From assembly GCA_044892525.1 (NCBI GenBank), contig CM097886.1:126790001-126854000 (forward strand): a stretch of 64,000 bases of DNA, written 5' to 3'. Position 1 is the stretch's first letter, and each line of letters starts with the position of its first letter. A program made the translations under genes and the position numbers. The notes under the pieces were generated by a model, which ran no database searches, had not been told where the DNA came from, and saw nothing but the letters and a program-made list of their open reading frames with translations. The DNA comes from Schmidtea polychroa. Its lineage: Eukaryota. Shown here in pieces: positions 1 through 12,000 of this stretch.

Positions 1-3000
1 AGTGGAGAAGGCGAGAAAATTGTGTTTGAAAAGAGCACTTATCCAACCGGAAATGTCGAGGAATGGATGCTGGAAATAGAAAATATGATGAGAGAATCAT
101 TGAGAATCATTATTGGGAAAGGCCTGGTTAATTACAAGCAAGTAAGGATTCATTTGAATTCATAATTAGTTTGCTTCCATTATGAAGAGAGAGGTATTTT
201 TGTGGGATATTTCGTTTGTCTCGAGCTCATCTTCTGACCATATATTATATCGATGAGATGCGAAGAATTTCTTTTTATGATTTTTTTGCAAGTGACCCCT
301 TGAGATCCTTTTATCCGTTAAGGTTCATTGACTTCTTTGGAACTTTCATCGATCCCTCTCTTGAATGTACTTGCCTTATATCTTTTTATTAAATTCACAA
401 GTTCACAATTTGTTTATCTTATAGATTCCTAGAACTGAATGGGTTTTGAAATGGCCAGGACAAGTCGTTATAGCTGGTTGTCAAACATATTGGACCCAAG
501 AGGTGTCAGATGCTCTGGAAACTCGAGATTTGAAAGGGCTTTATGTGAAATTACTTGAGCAATTAGACGGTTTAAGGGCCGTAGTAAGAGGCGACATGAC
601 TAAAATCGGGCGCATGACACTGTCAGCATTGATAGTGATAGAAGTGCACGCTCGGGACGTTGTCAACAATATGATTACAGAAAATATCCAGAACATTAAT
701 GATTTCGAATGGATCAGTCAGTTGCGATACTATTGGATTGAAGAAAACCTGAAAATACGTGCTGTAAATGCCGAATTTCAATATGGTTACGAATATTTGG
801 GTAATACAAGCCGCTTGGTTATTACACCTCTTACCGACAGATGTTACCTCACTTTGACTGGCGCACTTCATTTGAAATTCGGAGGCGCGCCAGCTGGACC
901 AGCCGGTACTGGTAAGACCGAAACAACTAAAGATCTGGGAAAGGCATTCGCTATTCAGTGTGTAGTTTTCAATTGCAGTGATCAGTTGGATTTCATGGCT
1001 ATGGGGAAATTTTTCAAAGGTTTAGCATCAGCTGGAGCGTGGGCTTGCTTTGATGAATTCAACCGGATCGATATAGAAGTGTTGTCTGTGGTGGCTCAAC
1101 AGATCGCCACCATCCAGAAGGCCCAACAGCAACGGCTAGATAGATTCATGTTTGAAGGCATGGAGTTGATATTGAAACCAAGTTGTGCTGTATTTATTAC
1201 TATGAATCCCGGATATGCCGGTCGCACGGAGCTGCCCGATAATTTGAAAGCATTATTTAGACCCGTAGCTATGATGGTTCCGGACTACGCTCTTATCGCT
1301 GAGATCTCATTGTTTTCCTTCGGGTTTTCTGATGCCAGGACTTTGTCGAAGAAGATTGTAACAACATTCAAATTATCGAGTGAACAACTGAGTTCTCAGG
1401 ATCATTACGATTTCGGAATGCGTGCAGTGAAGAGTGTGATCTCTGCAGCAGGAAACCTTAAACGACAGAACACAACAATGGATGAAGTTGAGATATATTT
1501 ATTGTTGATATATTTATGGTGGCCGTTTTGTACAGGAATTGATTTGCTTGCGGGCTATACGAGATGTGAATGTACCTAAATTCCTCATGGATGATCTGAA
1601 ATTGTTCAATGGAATCGTATCCGATTTATTTCCAAATATCAAGTAGGTTGTTACTTTTGTTTCTGATACTCAAATATTGAAAGTGGGTGGGTATGCATAT
1701 TGTATATCATCTGATCCCCCTCACTGCCAGAGGGTTCNNNNNNNNNNNNNNNNNNNNNNNNNNNNNNNNNNNNNNNNNNNNNNNNNNNNNNNNNNNNNNN
1801 NNNNNNNNNNNNNNNNNNNNNNNNNNNNNNNNNNNNNNNNNNNNNNNNNNNNNNNNNNNNNNNNNNNNNNNNNNNNNNNNNNNNNNNNNNNNNNNNNNNN
1901 NNNNNNNNNNNNNNNNNNNNNNNNNNNNNNNNNNNNNNNNNNNNNNNNNNNNNNNNNNNNNNNNNNNNNNNNNNNNNNNNNNNNNNNNNNNTTTAATGTA
2001 AGTTGAAACGAAGTTGATATTTGTTTATTGTTTTGTTTGTTATTGTTTATGTAAACTGATAGTTATTGTTGTTGACAGGGAGGAACCGATTGATTATGGA
2101 GACTTATTGATATCCATTCAAACTGCGGCCAGGAAAAAAGGATTGAAAGACGTTACAGGTTTGAGTGATCCGCATTATTAGTTTTTGTTATAAATTCCAT
2201 CGATTATTCAAGGGTTTGTGGATAAATGTATCCAACTATTCGAAACAACTGTTGTCCGCCATGGTTTGATGCTCGTGGGGCCGACTGGTTCAGGAAAAAC
2301 TAAAGTTAATAATTGAATATTTATTCTTATTATTATATTTCCCACAATTACAGTGCTATGAGGTCCTTCAATCTGCCCTGTCTTCATTGAAAGATCAAAT
2401 ATCCCCAGACGGGTCACCATTCCAAACAGTTCACACTTACGTGCTCAATCCTAAATCCATAACAATGGGTCAATTGTATGGTGAATTTGATTTAATGACG
2501 CATGAGTGGACGGACGGAATATTGAGCACTCTTATTAGACAAGGAGTGACGGCTAATGGGCCTGATAAACGATGGTACATTTTTGATGGGCCGGTCGATG
2601 CAGTCTGGATTGAGAACATGAATACTGTTCTCGACGACAATAAGAAATTGTGTTTGAGTAGTGGAGAAATAATTAAGTTATTAGAAGAGATGACAATGAT
2701 GTTTGAGGTTGCTGACTTGGCAGTTGCTTCACCGGCTACTGTCAGCAGGTGTGGAATGGTTTATTTGGAACCGAGCATCCTTGGACTTGCTCCGTTCGTT
2801 GAATGCTGGATCAGAAGTTTACCAGATGCCATTTATCCTCACAGAGAGCGAGTTCAGAAATTGTTTGATCTTTATTTGGAGGTTGGTGTGACTGATGACA
2901 TTGCATGAATGAATACTATTAATCATTATTAGGAAACGGTTGACTTCATGAGGCACAATCTTCGGGAGATCGTTCCCACAACTAACGGTCAATTAACTTT

Positions 3001-5475
3001 CAATATGATCAAACTAATGGACAGTTTCATTCATCCATTTGTTCCCAGTGACGTGAGTTTTATGATTTTTCTTTTCACGCATATATTGCATCTGGTCTCA
3101 CTTTGTTTGCTAGTTTCACCAAATTTACGTGTCATGGTAGCGGCTATTACACCGCGTTGCATTTGATAAAGATCACCTATAATATAAAAGATTATCAATA
3201 AATAATACTATAAGAAACATACAAACTCATCTTTGTAGTAAAAATTCATTAGCAGTTACACTTGCCAATTTATTATAGGATTACAAAAAGCGTTGAAAAA
3301 ATTAATGAAACATGCAAAAACGGTGTATGGAGTTTTTATAATGAAACAAGCAAGCGATAAAGTACTCCGCCTGAAAAAGATACCCATTTTAATCAAATAT
3401 TTGTTTAATGAAATTTAAAAACATCTCTGAAGAATTACTCGAAATATATTTCCATTTTGAAAAATCAACCATAAAAACTCTCTATATTTGACTTTCTTAA
3501 TTTCACTCAAAACTAAAATTTCAATATGCGTTCTCAATGCTATGAAATATTTATTATTACGTAAAATCACTTTTATTTGCGTGAACAAACGAAACCCTGA
3601 ATTATGTGATCATGATAATGTGATAATGATAATCATGATTAATATATTTAAAATATAATTATCTCTTTAATCCGAAGTTAATGAATAGATAAGAATTTAT
3701 ATTGAAATAAGGAAATAACACTCGATTTGACATATCAATATTTTTTAATTAACCCACTTTCCGTGATCGGATCGATCTGAAATTTTGATAGCATGCAGTG
3801 TTCTCGATAACGAATCCACTTGCCAGATTTCAGCTTAATCCGATCACGGAAAGCAGGTTAATTTGACCTCTCAACATTTGCGTGCCACATACAAACATCA
3901 ACGAAGTTAATATAGAAAGAGTAAAAATTGAAGAAAAAATTCATGAGTTTTAATTGTTAATAATTATTGTTCAAAAATCATTTATACTATAGTAAATTAT
4001 GATCAATTGACTTAATAAATTTTTAAATTTTGATATTTATTTAATTATTTAACCGTTTGCGGACGGAATTAATTTTAATAAATAGGGTTCCATATGGTCG
4101 GTAATTTTTTAGTATACGAATTCCCAATATCGCAGTATGATTTTTTTTTAAGTTTAGCCAGCACAGCTGGTCAGCATACATTGTTGAACGTCTGGAACAA
4201 AATTCGTGGCCAGCTTTGCTGGCCTACCGTCCGCAAACGGTTAATAAATTTAAAAATTTTTTGGAAATAATTTTGCTATTAAAATCGAAATAAATATTTA
4301 TTAAAAAGCTCGACTATGACTCCAGTAAATATATCAAAAACACCGATATATTTACTGATTCAGTGTCAAGCTTTTTAATAAACACAATATAAAAGAAATC
4401 AGTGGTGAAATTTGAAAAAAATTTCTAATAATACCACATAAATAGATTAAAATGTGAAACTTCTTTAATTTGTAATAAAATCTTCACAATAATTTGTATG
4501 GAGTAATAACTCATTTTTTTGTATGTAAAAACTTGCCAATACACTCAATAAAATTTTCATCAAATATAACGCGGTGTGAATATAACGCACCATGTGAATG
4601 GGGGGGGGGTCACTGAGCGGTTAATTTTCTAGGATCACCTAAGTTTATTTTATCACTTTATAGTTAGATGATATAACGCGCCCTCCACTATTTTTGGCAT
4701 CTCACAATTTTTAAACATTTTTGTAGATCCCATTTATGGTAAATAATAGATGGAGCACCACAGCTTTCATTATTTTATAGTTTGTAATTAATAAATTGTT
4801 AATTATTATTATTATTATTATTAATGTAATAAAATGAAATTTGAGAAACACTCTCCATTTAGTACAAATGAGACTGGATTTTATACGATTCCTTTATTTG
4901 TGTACATAATAAAAATTAATTAATTAATAATATTATAATTTCACAGTTATCAATTGAAGCGAAAACCAGCAAAAAGAAAGCAGAAAGACAAATGGTTAAT
5001 ATTTTATCTTTATTTTGATTTTAGCCCAATGAGATGATGCTGTATGATGAATTTGTGGTGGAGTTGGTGGGGATGTCAGTAAGTTGGGCATGATTCTTGT
5101 ATATGTTAATATGTATGTTTTATTCATTTGTTTTTTAGGTTTGGTTTTGATCACTGATTGCATGCCTCTTTATTTTGTGTTGTTTTCCATTGTTCACTTC
5201 TTTTCCGTTTAGGTTTGGCTCCGTCATTCATTTATTATTCCTATTTGTTTTGCGACGCTGTCAAATTAGAGAGGAATTAAAACTGATTCTATAAATCTTT
5301 TTCTCCATATTTCTAAATTCATAGGACGAAGATAACTACGAGTCCCATTTCTATTTAATGCAATATTGGTATAAAATAAGGAAAATGCTATCCTACATAA
5401 TTGAATTGTTGTAATTGTTCACATTTATTCTTTTTAACAAGATTCCATTCCGTTTTATTAATATTCATTTATTAA

Positions 5476-5548
<73 letters not shown>

Positions 5549-5915
5549 GTTATTATTAGTGATGATTTCTTGGTAGCAGCATTTATTATTTAAAACAATA
5601 AAATGATAATTTAAGCCTTTTGCTGCAAATAATGTATTTAATGAAAAAATTTTCAACTAAAAGATTAATTAATAATATTATTTTTTATATTATTATTTTT
5701 TTTTATTGTGTTATGATTAGTATAAAGTGATAATTTCTTGGTAGCAGCATTTATTATTTAAAACAATAAAGTGATAATTTAAGCCTTTTGCTGCGAATAA
5801 TGTATTTAATGAAAATATTTTCGACTATAAGATAGTCCTTGTCAATCTATCTTACAGTCGAAAATATTTTCATTAAATACATTATTCGCAGCAAAAGGCT
5901 TAAATTATCACTTTA

Positions 5916-6001
<86 letters not shown>

Positions 6002-9000
6002 GATGTTGTTGTTGTTGTTATTAAACAAGTAAATCATAAAAGAAGCCTTTGCTGCAAAATATGTATTAGATGAGATACATATTTTATTTTTTAGATACAT
6101 ACATAAATATTTTGCAGCAAAAAATAAAGCTACCAAGAAATCATAATTTTATATTATTATTTAGTATTTTTTTTAATATATTGTTATATTTATTTATAAT
6201 TATTATATTTAACTATAATCAAATTATTAGCAAAAGAACAACCAAAATTTAAAAGCTCCTTTGCGACCACTTAAAATGAAAAAGTTTAACAAGGTTTGTA
6301 AAAAACGTTTCCGATAAATTGATAGTTTTTTTTATTTTGAAGTTTTGTTAATTTTTATCTCGTATCCGAAATTGTGTTATTCTTATTAATGAAATTGATC
6401 GGATCTCACTAATAGGCCGATCAAATCCCCGATGAAGTCGTCAATAAAATTGGAGAGGCAGTTGAATCTTGGTTCCTGTTCAGTTTGATTTGGTCTTTTG
6501 GCGCCTCCTGTGATACAGATAGTCGGAAAAAGTTCGACACGTATTTGAGGCGGAAAATGTCTACACAACTGGTAATAATAATTGAGCATCTATCTTTGCA
6601 GTGTGTGTCAAATATATCTCACAGATATTCCTGCCTTTTCCTGAAGAAGGATTAGTATATGATTACCGATTTGATCACGGTGGCACTTTATCCTTGAATA
6701 GAGAAGAGGAAGAAAACGAAGAGGAATTAGTCAAAGAGAGAAAAGTTATATAATTTAACTGAAATGCATAAATGATTGACGGTGCTAAATTCAGATAAAA
6801 TGGGTTCATTGGATGGCAAACATTCCTGAATACATCATCAAGCCGGACATGAAATATTCCGACATCATTGTTCCCACAATTGACAATGTGAGATTGATCT
6901 CCATCTCAGAGCAGCTTCTCATCAGCAAGAAACCAGTCATGTGTGTAGGTCCCACTGGCACCGGGAAAACCTTGTCGATTTCCGACAAGCTGACCAAATA
7001 TATGCCGCCTGAATATGTTTCTGAGTTCATAGTTTTTTCGGCAAAGACCACCGCAAACCAAACTCAAGATCTAATTGATAGTAAATTGGATAAAAGACGC
7101 AAAGGAGTATTTGGTCCACCGATGGGAAAATATATTATATTTTTCATTGATGACTTGAATATGCCAGCACTAGAAGTGTTCGGATCTCAACCACCGATTG
7201 AGCTGATTAGGCAGTGGTGCGATTTCAAGGGATGGTACGACAGGAAGGCTATCGGAGAATTCCGCTCTTTGGTAGATATCAACTTCATTGTATCGATGGG
7301 TCCTCCAGGTGGCGGGCGTAATCCGATTACACAACGGTTAATGAGGCATTTTAATTTGCTCGGTTTCAATGAACTGCAAGAGGAAAGCATGAAAACTGTG
7401 TTTGGCACCATTTTGAAATTCTGGATAATGCGTGCTATCCCGGAATTGCATCCATTGGAGGAAGTCCTTGTCAAGGCCTGCATTGACGTCTACATGGCTA
7501 TACAATCACAGATGTTACCCACTCCAGCGAAAAGTCATTACACTTTCAATTTACGGGATCTTTCCAAGGTTTTCCAAGGTAACATAAATGCTTTAGTGAA
7601 TATTGAATAATAATAAATTGCTCATGTTGTCATCAGGCATTCTAATGTTGGAACCGGAATCGTTGACCACCGTGGACCAAGTGTTGCGATTGTGGTTTCA
7701 TGAATCATGTCGGGTATTCCAAGATAGATTGGTCAATGACCAAGACAGAGAATGGTTTAAGAATCTCCTTATTGCCAAACTGAACACCGATTTCAATCAG
7801 AAATATGAAGATGTAGTAAAGGTTGAGCCGCTGTTATATGGGGATTTCATGTCGGTCGCTATTGAAAACAAGAAATATGTGGAATTCGTTGAATACGACA
7901 AAGTAGATTGATGATTGCCAGCAATTGTTAGCAACTAACAAAATCGCTCATTTCAGATGCTGAAAGTTATTGAGGAGAATTTGGAAGATTTTAATCAGAT
8001 CAACACTGCCAAGATGAATTTGGTTCTCTTCATGGATGCAATAAGGCACGTTTGTCGGATAGCTCGCATAATTCGGCAGCCGCTTGGTAATGCCCTGCTC
8101 CTTGGAATGGGAGGCAGCGGACGACAGAGCTTGACAAAACTGGCTGCTCATATGTGAGTGGTATTTATGGGATTGTACAGTGGATAATTGCATATTTCTT
8201 TTCCCAGGGCTGAATATGACTGCTTCCAGATTGAGTTGTCGAAAAATTACGGTGTTGCAGAATGGAGGGATGACCTGAAAAGAATCATGCTTGCTGCCGG
8301 ATTGGAGAATAAACCAATCGTTTTCCTATTTTCCGATACCCAGGTATCTATTCATTATTTATCTATATGTATTCATATTGTTATGTCTCTGTCCACCTTG
8401 GTGCAGACTAAAATTGTAAGATTTTGACCTATCACTCTATTTTGGCATGAATATTTTTATTTTCACAAATATTTATTATTTTCACACATTCAACACCACT
8501 TGAGAGTTTTTGATTCCAATTCAAGTCCTGGGTAACTCTGTTGGGTTGCGCGTCATTCACTAATAATTGATTCACTGTTTGGTTGTTATATTTGATTTTT
8601 ATCATACATTCTTTTGGGTGCGCAAACATCTCATCTCCTATTGGCGCATATGTATGAGACGGGCAAGTAGGCATTGGCTGCATGGTATAACTACTGTAGA
8701 TAACTACATTGATAGGATAATATTATATTATATATTTAGCTTACAAATTTTAAAAACTTAATACATTTTTTCTATTGTGTTCTAATATAGTATTTTATAT
8801 ACCGGATGAAAGAGGAAAATGATATTTATCTAATGGCTTATTATTCAATGTATTCTCATTTAGATAGATATCATTCTCCTCTTTCATCCCATATATAGAT
8901 TACAATATTAGAATACAATAGAAAATATTTATTAAGTTTTTAAAATCTTTAAATAATAAAAATTATGTGCAGAAATAATTTCTAAGACTTTTCAGTTTTT

Positions 9001-12000
9001 TGAGCTTCGACCCTTGTGAAGTCTTGTAAGATATGGTCCAACATGTTCTTCATGATGGTGCTAATCTTTTAAATGATGTTTGAGAAAATGAAAATTTTAT
9101 ATTATATATATATATAAAAGAACTTAGCAGCAAAGAGTCATTGATAATAATATTTCAATTATTCAGATCAAAGACGAATCATTCCTTGAAGACTTGAATA
9201 ATATCCTCAATTCTGGTGATGTTCCCAACTTATACAGTTTCGACGATCTTGAACGCATTTATGGTGACATGAAACCAATTGTACAAGATTTGGGATTACA
9301 GGCGACTAAGACTAATTTGTTTTCTGCGTATACAAAGAGAGTTCGAATAAATTTACACACGGTAATAACGATGAGTCCAATTGGGGAAATATTTAGAGCG
9401 CGATTACGTCAATTTCCGGCACTTGTCAACTGCTGTACTATTGACTGGTTTAGTCAATGGCCTCAGGAAGCATTAGAATCGGTTGCTTTGAAATTTCTAA
9501 ATGATATTCCCGAACTAGAAGTTTCTGAGGAGGTTATCAGGGGCCTCATGTATACGTGTAAAGAAATTCATCAGTCAGTTTCAAATTATTCAGAAAAATA
9601 CAGACAAGAACTATCAAGATATAATTATGTTACTCCGACAAGTTATTTGGAATTACTGGGAATATTCTCAAAGATTTATGCTAGAAAGAAACAGGAACTT
9701 AAACAAGCCAGAGATCGTACGAAAAATGGCCTTGACAAGTTACTGTACACCGAAGAGATAGTACAGAAATTACAAGAGGAGTTGGAAATAATGAAGCCAC
9801 AATTGGAACAAGCGGTGGAAGAATCTAAAGCCACTAAAGAAGAAATTGAAAGAGATTCGGAAATGGCAAAAGAAACTCAAGTTGTAGTTACGAGAGAAGA
9901 GGCTGTTGCTGCTAAAAAGGCAAAGGAGTGCGAAGTAATTCGTGATGACGCTCAGCGAGATTTAGATGAGGCTTTGCCAGCTTTGCAAGAATCTTTGGAA
10001 AGTCTTAAGAAATTGAACAAGAATGATATAACTGAGGTCAGAGCAATGATGAGGCCTCCAGAAGGAGTGAGACTTGTCATTGAAACTGTTTGCATTATGA
10101 AGGATATTAAGCCAAAAAAGATTCAAGGTGATAAACCTGGAGTTAAAATTGATGATTATTGGGATGCTGGCAAAGGTCTTCTTCAAGATCCTGGCAAGTT
10201 TCTCGATTCCCTTTTCAATTATGACAAAGACAATATTCCTGACCCTGTCATTCAGAAAATTGAACCTTATATTGCTTCTGAATCATTCACTCCGGCTGCA
10301 ATTGAAAAGGTCAGCAGAGCTTGCACTAGTATATGTCAGTGGGTAAGAGCTATGTATAAATATCATTTTGTGGCAAAGGGAGTTGCTCCTAAACGAGAAG
10401 CATTAGAAAGATCATCAAAAGAATTGGAACAGACGAAGAAAATTTTGAAAGAAGCTAGAGCAAAACTGAAAGCAGTTGAAGACAGGATCTTAGGATTGCA
10501 GGAAAAATTGGAAGCTTGTGCTCGTCGTCAAAAAGAGTTGGAAAACAAAAGTGATCTGTGTGAAGCTAGACTGACTAGAGCTGATAAACTTATTGGAGGT
10601 TTAAGTAATGAGAAGATCAGGTGGCAAGATTCTGTGGTAAATTTGGAATTTCTCATCAATAATATTGTCGGAAATGTCCTCGTATCAGCCGGCTATGTGG
10701 CATATCTAGGTACTTTCACTGGAGAGTACCGGAACAGTATGTGTCACGAATGGAGTACTGCATTGAAAACATACGGAGTGCCGCACACCGATAAGCCAGC
10801 TGCTAACTTAGTTGATACATTTGGAGATCCAGTAAAGATAAGGAATTGGCAAATTGATGGTTTACCTAAAGACACTCTGTCAATTGAAAACGCGGTTATA
10901 GTAGAATTTTCTCGGCGTTGGCCTCTATTTATAGATCCACAAGGGCAGGCAAATCGCTGGATCAAGAACCTGCAAAAGGAAAACGGTCTTGATGTCATTA
11001 AATTATCTGACAAAGACTTTCTACGAAGTCTGGAAAATGCGATACGATTTGGAAAGCCGTGTTTGATGGAAAATGTCGGCGAGGAATTAGATCCAGCATT
11101 GGAACCGATTCTATTGAAACAAACTTTCAAACAACAAGGAGCTGTTGTCATTAAATTAGGCGATGCCATTATCCCATATCATGACGATTTCAGGTTCTAT
11201 ATCACCACGAAGCTTCCTAATCCCCACTATACCCCTGAGGTTTCTACGAAAGTCACTATTGTAAATTTTACACTCTCACCAAGCGGATTGGAGGATCAAC
11301 TGCTGGGAATGGTCGTTGCAGAGGAGCGACCGGATTTAGAGGATGCCAAAAACCAGCTGATTGTAAGCAATGCGAAGATGAGGCAGGAACTGAAAGAGAT
11401 CGAGGACAAGATATTGTACAGGTTGAGTGTAGCTGAAGGTTCCCCAGTTGATGATATCGATCTTATCCAAACCTTGGAAGCGTCAAAATTAAAGTCCAAC
11501 GAAATTGAGGCAAAAGTCATAATTGCGGAACAAACTGAACGTGATATTGACGAAACTAGAAGCCGTTACATTCCAGTTGCTGTTAGGACTCAAATTCTTT
11601 TCTTTTGTGTTGCTGATCTGGCCAAGATTGATCCAATGTACCAGTACTCATTGGAGTGGTTTCTGAACATTTTCAAAAATGGGATTACGAATGCGGCAAA
11701 AGCTGGTAGGACCATTTAATGATCCATTTGATCTGTTATTTTTTGAGTTGTATAGATACTCTCACCGAACGAATCGACAACATCAATAACTATTTCACCT
11801 TCAGTTTATATTCAAATGTCTGCAGGAGCTTGTTTGAGAAACATAAACTCTTGTTTTCATTTCTTTTGGCCACCCGGATCTTGCAGCACGAAGGGAAGAT
11901 CGATTTGGTAATTTCTGATTGGCCCATTTATAAGTTATCGGTATTCCGTTGACATTCAGGCTGAATGGAGGTTTCTATTGGCCGGTGGATCAGTTAAAGC

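Noticed and set aside
1677-2006. ORFs containing long X runs (also 13041-13409, 45031-45477, 49379-49899, 56572-56986)
   Set aside because: Artefacts of reading through assembly gaps.
5465-6252. ORFs with poly-Asn tracts (also 40764-41085 and 49010-49258)
   Set aside because: Translations of (TAA)n/(TTA)n/(TAC)n microsatellites inside introns or spacers.
9962-11520. Antisense ORFs over DNAH1 (similar ones over XPO7, DNAJA3, KCTD and filamin)
   Set aside because: Shadow ORFs of real coding exons with no recognisable protein features.
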